This document shows, piece by piece, positions 1 through 8,970 of a DNA stretch of 20,000 nt (positions are counted from its first letter, which is position 1; each line of letters starts with the position of its first letter). Position numbers and translations under genes: made by a program. The notes under the pieces were generated by a model, which saw nothing but the letters and a program-made list of their open reading frames with translations, made no database searches and was not told the origin of the DNA. The stretch covers positions 1,175,303 through 1,195,302 of the forward strand of contig MU058103.1 of assembly GCA_013265495.1 (NCBI GenBank), read 5' to 3'. This DNA comes from Vicugna vicugna. Taxonomy: Eukaryota.

Positions 1-534
1 ACAAACAATTCTGTTATACAAGAAATTAGTTATCATTTCTATAGGAAAATACTTCATTGGACTCCCCTATTGGCTCTTCACAAACATTAATTTTGCCACT
101 TGTAATGTGAAAAAGTGATGATACAGGCATCAGGAAAATATTGTCATTTATTTATTTAGATTACACATTACAAAACAATCTTTTGGAAAATTAAAAGGAT
201 CATTTAGTGATTAAAAATAATTTTATGTTCTCATTATCCTGGTAGATCTAGCCTGTTACGGGTCTTTATAACATGGTGGGTTATCAAAGTTCATAATAGG
301 GGCTAATGGACAGTGTGTGTCATCTACCTTTATAACCTCCTCACTGAGAAATGGTACAATGCCATACAGCATTAAGTAACAGAAGAATAGTTATATAGTT
401 AATGATTTTGGCATCAAAGCTTTTCTCCTTGTTGTAAAGAAGGACTTACACAAGAAGCCTATTTTAATTCATGTGTCACTTGCGTTGAAGCCTCTGTTGC
501 ATTCACACAGGCTTCAGTTAAGGCATATCTGGGT

Positions 535-740
535 TTCAGTGTTTATTTCACCATTCACTTGCTGTATGACATTATATAAGTCACTGAAACCTTCTGAGCT
601 TCCGTTACCTCTTCTGTAAGATGAGGTTCATGATAATAACGTCCCCATAGGTTTGATAAAGTGATCACATTAGCTTACATTCATAAAATATTTAATAGGC
701 TGCTTAGCATATAAGGAGCCTTCATGGAATATTAATTGCC
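535..740 (+). mobile_element. MIR SINE (degenerate)
   Basis: Core-like 'ctgtatgacattatataagtcactgaaaccttctgagcttccgttacctcttctgtaagatgagg' resembles MIR 'ctgtgtgaccttgggcaagtcacttaacctctctgagcctcagtttcctcatctgtaaaatggg', followed by a MIR-like tail. Confidence 0.7.
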
Positions 741-741
741 C

Positions 742-763
742 TGATGATGATGAAGATGATGAT
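742..763. repeat. (GAT)n microsatellite, interrupted
   Basis: tgatgatgatgaagatgatgat read directly. Confidence 0.85.
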
Positions 764-1029
764 TGAGGTGGAAGGGAAAAACTGAAAAAATCTTTGACCT
801 TGAAAATGAATGTACTATAAAGAGCAGAAGAGATCCGTGGGTGGTAAACAGGAGGCGGGACGTGGCCTTGGCTAAGATTCAGGTTATTTATAACAAAAGG
901 ATAAGCAATGATGGAAAGCACATACCATTTCCCGCAGTTGTCAATGGTCACACCAAGGCTGCGTAGCCTTCTTTTCAAATAAACCAAGGTAATTTGGATA
1001 TTGAGTACGGAGAAATTGGTACTCACAAA

Positions 1030-1195
1030 TTCAGAGATTAACTAGTCCAACCCCTTTAAAATTTGGAGACAAGAAAGCTAAGTCTCAGAAGAATGGAGTG
1101 ACTCACTTAGCATCACTCGGATGAGCAGTGGTGGGTTTGGCAATAACACGGGCCTTCTGGGTTCCCTGTCTGTGATCCTCTGCCCCACATAGCGT
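1030..1195 (-). mobile_element. MIR/MIR3-type SINE fragment
   Basis: 'ctagtccaacccctttaaaatttggagacaagaaagctaagtctcagaagaatggagtgactcactt' resembles the reverse MIR core (tctagtccaacccc...gaggaaactgaggcccagagag...gtgacttgccc). Confidence 0.55.
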
Positions 1196-1211
1196 ATGTT
1201 TCGGTCTGTTT

Positions 1212-1275
1212 AATTCATTGATTCATTTCTTCATTCACTACTAAGGATAGTTTATCCAGGTACTGTTCTTGGTGC
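1212..1275 (-). mobile_element. L2 3' tail fragment
   Basis: 'attcattgattcatttcttcattcac...ccaggtactgttct' resembles the reverse L2 tail (ttcattcattca...ccaggcactgttct). Confidence 0.45.
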
Positions 1276-1334
1276 AGGGGGCGGGGAAGAGTTATGGGTA
1301 AAACAGATACAGTTATGATTATCATGTGCTTATC

Positions 1335-1915
1335 CCGTTGGCACTCCAGATCCACAGGTTGCTCATCCATGGATTCAAGCAACAGATGATCCAAATATTT
1401 AGAAAAAACTCCTGAAAGTTCCCAAAAGCACAATTGAATTTGCCGCACGCCGACAACTATGTACGATGGATTTTCGATCAACGTGGGTTTGAAATGCGTG
1501 GGTGTATTATATGGAGATTTTTTCACTAAATATGTTCTGCCATATTGCACAAATCATGACTTGCTGAATCTGCAAAGGTGGAACCATGGAAACAGAGGGC
1601 TGACTAAAGTTATAAGTGGATTCTCAAATGAATGGGGCGGTGGGGGGTTTGGGGTCATTTCCCCTAACCTCCACATTGTTCAAGGGTTAACTGTATGGAG
1701 CATTTACATTTTACATTGTATTTACATCTATGTACATGGCATTTACATTGTATTAGGTATTATATGTAATCTGGAGATGATTTAAAGTATACAGAGGGAT
1801 GTGACTAGGTTATATGCAAATACTATTCATTTATATAAGACACTTGAGCATACGTGGATTTTGCTATCTAAAGGAAATCCTGGAACAATCCCGCCTGGAT
1901 ACTAAGGGACAACTG
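1335..1915 (-). mobile_element. MER2B-like Tigger3-family (TcMar-Tigger) MITE, interrupted by a nested insertion
   Basis: Diagnostic MER2/MER2B segments: 'gaaagttcccaaaagcacaattgaatttgccgcacgccgacaactat', 'gcatttacattgtattaggtattatatgtaatctggagatgatttaaagtatacagagggatgtg', and terminus 'ggatactaagggacaactg' at 1915. Confidence 0.85.
1464..1693. mobile_element. Tigger2-family MITE nested in the MER2B-like element
   Basis: Right TIR 'ttgttcaagggttaactg' then TA (1694-1695). Degraded left TIR after TA (1462-1463), continuing 'caacgtgggtttgaaatgcgtgggt', as in Tigger2 'caacacgggtttgaactgcgcgggt'. Confidence 0.8.
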
Positions 1916-2004
1916 CAGTCTAGTGGAGGAAACACACTATAAAAATAAATTTTAGAAGTGAATATAATTATTAATAGTATAGTGAGATGCTAAACAGAAA
2001 CTAA

Positions 2005-2220
2005 TGGGGATAAATCCTAACTTGAGCTTCCTTTTTTATTGGCTCTGTAGCTTAAACAAGCCATTTGAAGTAACTGAGCCTCATTTCTCTTTTTGATCTA
2101 CAGAAAAGAAATTATAATATTTCTTTTTCAAGGATTCTGTATGGATTTTAGATAATGTATACAGCATACGTTGACTACAGTACATGCATGAACACACCAT
2201 GGTTATTAGTATTATTATTA
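2005..2220 (+). mobile_element. MIR SINE
   Basis: 'ctctgtagcttaaacaagccatttgaagtaactgagcctcatttctc...' core and (att)n tail ending at 2220. Confidence 0.65.
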
Positions 2221-2534
2221 CAGGCACACCTCGGAGATGTTGTGGGTTTTTTCCAGAACACTGCAGTAAAGTGAATATCACAACAAAACTGCTTACACAA
2301 ATTTTTGGTTTCCCAGTGCATATAAAAGTTATACTTGCACTATACTGTAGTCTCTTAAGTGCACAATAGCATTATGTCTAAAAAAAAATTCATACCTTAA
2401 TTAAAAACTACTGTATTGCTAAAAATGCTAACCACAATATGACAATGCGGAGTTGCTACAAACTTTCAGTTTGTAAAAAATGCAATTTCTGTGGAGCTCA
2501 ATAAAGCAAGGTACAGTAAAACGAGGTATGCCTG
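2221..2534 (+). mobile_element. Tigger1-derived internally deleted MITE with both TIRs and TA target duplication
   Basis: TA|caggcacacctcg ... cgaggtatgcctg|TA. Internal 'tttttggtttcccagtgcatataaaagttat' and 'aaaaatgctaac' match the Tigger1 left end; 'ctgtggagctcaataaagcaag...aaaacgagg' matches the right end. Confidence 0.92.
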
Positions 2535-2536
2535 TA

Positions 2537-2750
2537 TTAAGCACTAGTTATATTTCAGACCTCATTCTAAGGGCTTTGTTTTATTTTATTTTATTTTATC
2601 CTCACAAGAATCCTATGAAATGGATATTATTATTAATTTAGTTTCCCAAATGGGGAAACTGAGGCTCAAAAAGATGAGTTTACTTACCCAGAGCCACAGA
2701 GCTAATACATGGTGGAATCAGAATTCAACTCCAGAACTCTTAGTGAGAGC
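2537..2750 (-). mobile_element. MIR SINE with internal (TTTTA)n run
   Basis: 'atcctcacaagaatcctatgaaatggatattattatt...aaatggggaaactgaggctcaaaaagatgagtttacttacccagagccacagagcta...ggtggaatcagaattcaactcc' is a typical reverse MIR. Confidence 0.85.
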
Positions 2751-2854
2751 TTGAAGCTGCTCCCTCAAAGGCACCCACACAGGAACATGGGCAGTGTTTC
2801 CTGCCCTTCGTTTAGCAAGGAGTGAAGATTCTTGAAGTTTTGCAGGGTGGTTTC

Positions 2855-2985
2855 TTTAAGCCCCAGAATCCTCATTGTTGATAAAATAGGATTAAATGGT
2901 CACTTTAGGTTTTGTTGAGGTTGAAGTGCTCTAAGGTAAATACATTTCAACATAGTGTTCAACAAATAGTCAGGACTAAATACAT
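2855..2985 (+). mobile_element. MIR 3' fragment
   Basis: 'cctcattgttgataaaataggattaa...taggttttgttgaggtt...catagtg...tagtcaggactaaata' resembles the MIR 3' half. Confidence 0.5.
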
Positions 2986-3012
2986 ACCCTGTCCCTTTTT
3001 CTGTCCTTCCTT

Positions 3013-3199
3013 CCTCTTTTAAAATTTCCTTTTTATTTATTTATTTATATTATTTATTAAATTGAAGTATAGTCAGTTACAATGTGTCAGTTTCTGGTGT
3101 ACAGCACAGTGTCCCAGTCATGTATATACATACATATATTTGTTTTCATATTCTTTTTCATTAAAGGTTATTACAAGATATTGAACATAATTCCCTTTG
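3013..3199 (-). mobile_element. Short 5'-truncated cetartiodactyl (camelid-type) L1 3' end with candidate TSD
   Basis: T-rich tail, then 'attgaagtatagtcagttacaatgtgtcagtttctggtgtacagca...catattctttttcattaaaggttattacaagatattgaacataattccc'. The 12-bp 'ctgtccttcctt' flanks it at 3001-3012 and 3200-3211. Confidence 0.88.
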
Positions 3200-3275
3200 C
3201 TGTCCTTCCTTTCTGACTTCCCACTTTGTTCACTTTTTGGAGGATCCTTTATTGACTCATCAAACAGTACTTAAA

Positions 3276-4097
3276 AAATCAAAACTGCAGTGAGGTATCA
3301 CCTCATACTGGTTAGAATGGCCATCATCAAAAAATCTACAAGTAATAATTGCTAGAGAGGGTGTGTGGAGAAAAGGGACCCCTCCTACAATGTTGGTGGG
3401 ATTATAAATTGCTGCAGCCACTATGGAAAATAGTATGCAAGTTCCTTAAAAAAACTAAAAAATAGTTACCATATAATCTAGCAGTCCCACTCCTGGGCAT
3501 ATGGGAAAAAAAAAAAACAAAACTCTAATTTGAAAAAATACATGAACCCCAATTTTCATAGCAGAATTATTTATAATAGCCAAGATATGAAAACAACCCA
3601 GGTGCCCATTAACAGATGACTGGTTTCAGAAGATGTGACAACATACACATATTGGAATATTACTAAGCCATAAAAATAATGAAATAGTGCCATTTGCAGC
3701 AAAATGGATGGACCTAGAGAGAGTTGTATTTAGTGAAGTAAGTCAGACAGAAAAAGACAAATACCATATGATATCACTTATATGTAGAATCTAAAAAATA
3801 ATATGAATAAATCTATATACAAAATAGAAACAGACTCACAGATCTAGAAAACAAACTTATAGTTACAAAAGGCGAGAGGGAGGGAGGGATAAATTAGGAA
3901 TATGGAATTAACAGATACACACTACTAGACATAAAATAGGTAAGCAACAAGGATTTACTATATAGCACAGGGAATTATACTGAATACCTTGTAACAACCT
4001 ATAATGGAATATAATCTGAAGAAAAAATGACTGAATCACTACTGTACACCTGAGAAGAACACAATATTGTAAATCATTTAAACTTAAAAAAAAAAAA
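3276..4097 (+). mobile_element. L1 3' fragment (decayed ORF2 C-terminus, 3'UTR and polyA)
   Basis: 'gaggtatcacctcatactggttagaatggccatcatcaaaaaatctaca', 'gcagccactatggaaaa', 'aaatggatggacctagag', 'tttactatatagcacagggaa', polyA at 4086-4097. Confidence 0.95.
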
Positions 4098-4185
4098 GTC
4101 TACCAGATGCAAAGCACTGATCTGGCATGACAGGGACAAGGAGAAACAGAAATGGATCTAGACTGACCCTACACTCTAAGAAGAA
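4098..4185 (-). mobile_element. L2 3' fragment (continues 3248-3272, split by the L1)
   Basis: 'attgactcatcaaacagtactt' (3251-3272) plus 'gtctaccagatgcaaagcactgatctggcatgacagggac' reconstitutes the reverse L2 tail 'ttcattcaacaaatatttattgagcacctactatgtgccaggcactgtgctagg'. Confidence 0.55.
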
Positions 4186-4589
4186 TTTTTTTGATGTTTT
4201 GTGCCTCTTCAGTCCCCCAGTAATAATTGTATTTCATGATGACTTGAGATGTGCTGTTAGCCCAACAATTTTAGGCCTATGAAAGCCTGGAGTCAAAGCC
4301 CCACCTCTGCGTTGTAACCCCAACAGCATGGTGGGGAGAGGTATTTATGAACACGCGCATTGTATACATGCCCAGGAGCAGAGAGAATATCACCCCGGGA
4401 AGCCACAAGGCTATCTGATAGGAAAAGCAACATTTTTATTTTAAGTGCTACCTGGAAATTGGTGAAGTTTTGTTTGTTTGCTTTGTTTTGTTTTAGTTTT
4501 CCCCCACTCCTAGTGAGGTTTTATTTTTATCATTTCCACAGCTGTACGTATTTTATCCCAGCAGATGCACCTGGAACTTCCAAGTGGGT

Positions 4590-4830
4590 CACGATGAGAG
4601 CCAGTGCGCGCTGGGGGGGAGGGTGAAGGCCGGGAAGCAGCAGGGGTGACCCCGCAGGGCTGAGCCATCACGAAGCCCACAGCGTTCGACACCGCGCTCG
4701 CTCCTGTCCTGGGCCTTCTCCACGCTCGCGGCTGGCGCGGCCGTGTGCGCCGAACAAAGCCCGACGGGGTAGACTAGAAGGCCATGTGTGGGAAAAGTGG
4801 CTTGAGGGGCTGTAAGCACGCGCCCCGCAT
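4590..4830. promoter_or_regulatory. Small CpG-rich island-like segment
   Basis: About 24 CpG dinucleotides counted by eye in ~240 bp, GC-rich, in an otherwise CpG-depleted window; no recognisable repeat. Confidence 0.5.
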
Positions 4831-5044
4831 CTTTTCTTCCTGGCTCTTTTAAGGCTGTTGGGGACACAGGTTGAGAGACAAGGCACCACGGAGTAAGTGG
4901 GCTCTTCAAGGCCAGAGCCTCCTCCACACTCCCTGCTCCCAACAAGCCAAACGAAAATATACTGGGCTCTTTCGTCCCTTGTCACTTCTCCAGTTCATGT
5001 AGTGAAAGAAGACTGCAACCTCAGAAGTTCAAGGCCCTGAGCGA

Positions 5045-5245
5045 AGGGGCAGATTGGACAGTGGTTTGGTACATGGCCTTGGTAACCAGGCAACCTGGGA
5101 CACCATTTGCCAACTGAGTAGCTTTAGGCAAATTGCCTCTTATCTCCAAAGGCTGGGTAAACGTAACAGACCATCTCACAGGAAACAGAAATAAAGTAAT
5201 GCCAGTAAAGTGCTAGCGCGTAACAAGCAACAAATAGGTATTACA
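5045..5245 (+). mobile_element. MIR SINE (degenerate)
   Basis: 'caccatttgccaactgagtagctttaggcaaattgcctcttatctcc...atctcacagga...aaagtaatgccagtaaagtgctagc...aacaaataggtatt'. Confidence 0.55.
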
Positions 5246-5287
5246 CCTACCCTGGTATTAATGTTGTTAGTACACTGTGTGGATGTA

Positions 5288-5740
5288 TGAACCAGTAATT
5301 ATAATACAATGTATTTTACACAATAACAGAGGCATACACACATTCTGTTCATAGTAGCTCTGAAGGTTTCAGGAGAGCTCTAGAGGAGGAGACACATGCA
5401 CTGGAGCTGAAAGAATGTGTAGGATTCAACCAGAAAGTGTGGTTACGTCAGTGAGGTGATGGGAGGAGACAGAGACCAAACTTTGTGGATGAAAGCAGGA
5501 GGTGTGAAATGTCGTAGTTTATTCAGGGAACTGTCAGTCGTTTGGTACTGCTTGAGCTCAGGATCTGAAATGGCAAAGTGTGATTGGAGATGAGGCCGCA
5601 AGGATGGGCGAGGGCTGGATCATGAAGGGTCTTGTCTGCATGGACCTGCATTTTATCCTGCACACTAGGGAGGCCTGCAGGATATAAACGACGGAAGGCT
5701 ATTAATTTGCATGTGTATCTGGATTCGGTACTTTGGACTA
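5288..5740 (-). mobile_element. L2 LINE fragment
   Basis: Purine-rich reverse-L2 motifs: 'aaccagtaattataatacaatgt', 'ctggagctgaaagaatgtgtagga', 'ggagatgaggccgcaagg...gggctggatcatgaagggtcttg', 'ttttatcctg'. Confidence 0.75.
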
Positions 5741-6114
5741 CTTACTCATCTACTCTTTCATTTGCTCAGTTTGTTGAGATAGCAGCAACAGATATTTTAA
5801 TCCCCTTTTTTGGGTTGGGGAAATAATTTATGGAGACAACCAAGAGTATAGCACTTTGAAGCTGGATCTTAAAGATCTGAGCATACTTCCCAGGACCTGC
5901 CCTTTTTACTGCTCCTCATCTCAACTAGCCGCAAGACAGCCACAGAGATCAGAAGGCTTCTTTGTGCCCGCTTTCTCTCTCTCTTTGCTCCATAGTAGGC
6001 ACTAAGTTACAGACCTCCTTCTGATCACTCCGTCTGATCCAGTATTGCTATGCTATTCTTCAATATGATAATATTATTTTATAAGACAATATTGCTTTTC
6101 TGCTCAGCTCTTCC

Positions 6115-6261
6115 TCACAAAGGAATTCTGTATAGCATAGAAAATGAAATTCAATACCTTGCAATAGCTTATAATGAAAAAGAATATGAAAAGGAATATA
6201 TATATATACTATGCTGTACACCAGAAACTAACACAATACTGTAAATCGACTATACTTTAAT
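6115..6261 (+). mobile_element. Short cetartiodactyl (camelid-type) L1 3' end
   Basis: 'ctgtatagcatagaaaa...ttcaataccttgcaatagcttataatgaaaaagaatatgaaaaggaatatat...ctatgctgtacaccagaaactaacacaatactgtaaatcgactatactt'. Confidence 0.88.
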
Positions 6262-6290
6262 GAAGAAGAAGAAGGAGGAGGAGGAGGAGA
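6262..6290. repeat. Compound (GAA)n(GGA)n microsatellite at the L1 tail position
   Basis: gaagaagaagaaggaggaggaggaggagga read directly. Confidence 0.85.
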
Positions 6291-6339
6291 TAGGCAGAAA
6301 GAAGAAAATAGAAAACCAGCATTAGGCAGACATCATATG

Positions 6340-6800
6340 AGAAAATGTTGCAGATAAAATCTACCAATGGCCGCTAAAATTCACAGATGAAAGTCTGAGT
6401 AGAAACAGGATTTGCATTGTCCCAAAGTATCTCTCCCATTATACTTACCCAGCTACAAGGAAAAAGATAGTAACTTGACAATGGAGAAATCCAGAATACA
6501 CTTACTTAACCAAGTGGACAAAGTTAACATGGCCAGTAATAAGACATAACAACATCATGAACACCTTGATATGATGCAAAGAGAAGAATACATCGTTTTG
6601 ACAAAAATTTACAGCCTCACTTTAATTACTGAAACAGTCAGACAAAGTTAAATTGAGGACCGTTCTATGAAATAACTTCTTAGTACTTTACAAGTGTCAA
6701 CATTACAAAAAATAGTGAAGGACCTGAGATTGTTCACAGGCTAAAGGAAATAAAGGAACAATAATTAAATGTAATGTGAGGTCTTACAGGATAAATGCCA
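6340..6800 (+). mobile_element. Ancient L1MC-class 3'UTR fragment
   Basis: 'gtaacttgacaatggagaaatcc...cttaaccaagtggacaaagttaacatggccagtaat', 'gatatgatgca', 'cagacaaagttaaattgaggac', 'aattaaatgtaatgtg' match L1MC4/5-type 3' ends. Confidence 0.8.
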
Positions 6801-7189
6801 GGACTTACCCTCCATGGCAGTCTTGAGAGAGGGTTTTCTCCTTAGGTACCCATCTTTGGGCCTTTGGGCAGTGCCAATCTGGTGACTGTATTACATAAAA
6901 AGGGGAAGAAGTCAAGGAACAGGGGGGCAAAACGTTTCTATATCCTGGGGAGGGTGGGTGGCAGATACTGTTGCTGTTAAAATGATTGGATTATTGTATC
7001 TCTTGCAAGGAGTAAAAATAGTCTAATCATTAATTACATAACATATTATAGCAGATAACATTTTTATCTATTACTGTAATTGATCCCCAAATAATATGAC
7101 CTAGTTAATACTAACAACTATACAGATAAAGGAACAGAGAGAGAGAGAGTTTATGTGACCGCAACAGGATTACACATATAAGGTATGTG

Positions 7190-7430
7190 TGGGGATGCAG
7201 AGTGGCATAGTATAAAGAACATGAATTTAAAGTTGAACCATCTCTGTGTGAATCTTGGTTCTGTCATTTACTACTTGAGAGACTGAGGTCGTAATACAGT
7301 TGCCTGAGACTCAATTTTTGACCTTAAAAAAAAAAAGACACAATATATTCCTCTTAATGTTGTTGTGAAGTTGAAGTCATGTAAGACATTTCAAATGACT
7401 AGTACAGTGTCTGACACACAGGGGAAGCTG
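7190..7430 (+). mobile_element. MIR SINE, near full length
   Basis: 'gcagagtggcatagtataaagaacatgaattt...gtgtgaatcttggttctgtcatttactac...ctgagactcaattttt...gttgttgtgaag...tagtacagtgtctgacacacag'. Confidence 0.8.
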
Positions 7431-8377
7431 CCGTTTTATTTGTTGTGATACTTGTTGTAATAACTGTTGTTTTGATGAGGAAGATGATGACAGCTTGTTT
7501 AGCTAAAATTTGAACCCAGGACTTTTGTCTTTAGACATTATACTCTTTATAAATGCACCGCTCCACCCGCCTCCTCCAGCCTCTGTCTCTCAAGCATTAG
7601 GCAAAAGAGTTTAAATTTGATTTTTTAATCTACTTTTAAGTATAATCAAAGTCTGCATGTTCATACAAATTACAACATTTGGATTGGCACCACCATCACA
7701 CAGTCTTATATTAATGTTTATGTGTGTAAAGAAAGAGCTGGCACTAACTATACATTGCATACAAAATAAAACCAAAACAAAATATAAACCACACATTGCA
7801 AAACAAAAATAAAACCAAAAGTTCCCATTCTTGCAAGGTAAGCAGAGAAAACACCATTAACAGCAACGCTCAGTCAAGCAGGCAGTCCCAGCACATCAGG
7901 GTGTGTAACTGAAAGAGCTGCTGATTGGAAACCAAGAAAGTGTGTGAGTTATGTTACTTGCTTTGTGAACACAAAACAGACCTCACCTGAAAGGTACAGA
8001 GAGAGTGCGTGGAACTCTGGAGAGCCTTAGCAGGGGACTTCCCTTCAGCAGGAAGTCGAGGATGTGTGAATGCAGCTCAAGCAAAATCTGTTTGCTTTTA
8101 GGGTTTGTGACTGACGACACATTGCTAAGACCTTCGTCCCAAACGAAACAAGATATCAAGTCCGTGATCCCCCAGGCAGCTCACTTTAATAATGACTTCT
8201 TTTACAGTAGTGAGTTTTTAGAGCCAGAATGTTCACTGTCCATTTGCTCGCTAGAGGTTTCAAAAGGTTGTGTGTATTATTTCACTTTTTAGAAGTTGAA
8301 ATGGTACTAAGCTGCTTAAATGTTTGTGTAATTAAATCTCCCACTTATAAAACATTGAATCGGCACCTACAGTTGTG

Positions 8378-8590
8378 ATAATAACTGCCATTTGTTGACC
8401 ACCAGAAGGCGTCGGGATCTATGGGGATACTCTGTGCATATTTTATCTAATCCTGAGGAAGACATTCCTAGGTAATGTGTTCCTTGTTTTGTAGATAAGG
8501 AAACTGAGCCTTGGTGTTAATGCACTCGCCCCAAGTTACACAGCTACTCCATAGTAAAGGTAGGAGTCAAACCCATCTCTCTATTCCTGT
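8378..8590 (-). mobile_element. MIR SINE
   Basis: 'ataataactgccatttgttgac...ttatctaatcct...ttttgtagataaggaaactgagcc...cccaagttacacagcta...ggagtcaaaccc'. Confidence 0.8.
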
Positions 8591-8871
8591 ATTCCTTATA
8601 CTCTCTTATATTATCTCTAGGCACATACTGTCCCCAGTAGAGGAAAAGCAATCCAGCGGTATAGGTATGTCTATGTCATAAGAAATTGTCTTTAAGTTCC
8701 AATTTTTCCACTTCAAAAATGAGCTGGGTATCCATCAGATGCTTGCTTCATCACTTAGCAGCTAGGGGACCCTGGCATCTTTCCTTCCTGTAGTGTGGGG
8801 GCTGCAGCATCTATCAGAGTGGACTGCATTGGCATTAAAGGGAGAGATCTGCATATGCCTTTACCAAGTGC

Positions 8872-8970
8872 ATGTTCATTCATTCATCCTTTTAATAAGC
8901 TTCCAGTGAATGTCTGGGAGCCCCATGCTGTGCTTGGGTGACACTGAATGACTAATGAACACTCTTTCCC
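8872..8970 (-). mobile_element. L2 3' tail fragment
   Basis: 'ttcattcattcatcc...tgaatgtctggg...atgctgtgcttgggtgacactga'. Confidence 0.45.

Noticed and set aside
670..1026. 118-aa minus ORF with a poly-Ser run
   Set aside because: The poly-Ser comes from the (GAT)n microsatellite, the end lies in a MIR, the start is non-ATG, and there is no recognisable homology.
1215..1785. 111-aa and 108-aa ORFs as possible transposase
   Set aside because: They lie in non-autonomous Tigger MITE sequence and show no HTH or DDE-like motifs.
3276..3800. L1 ORF2 C-terminal coding remnant
   Set aside because: Frameshifted and stop-ridden; recorded as a repeat, not a CDS.
4510..4985. Three overlapping minus-strand ORFs (60-118 aa)
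   Set aside because: Expected from stop-codon scarcity in GC-rich DNA; no recognisable protein.
5081..5094. RFX X-box-like GGTAACCAGGCAAC
   Set aside because: Single imperfect motif inside a decayed MIR, with no supporting context.
7834..7843. Plus-strand donor-like CAAG|GTAAGC
   Set aside because: No plausible upstream acceptor or exon found; an isolated consensus match is common.
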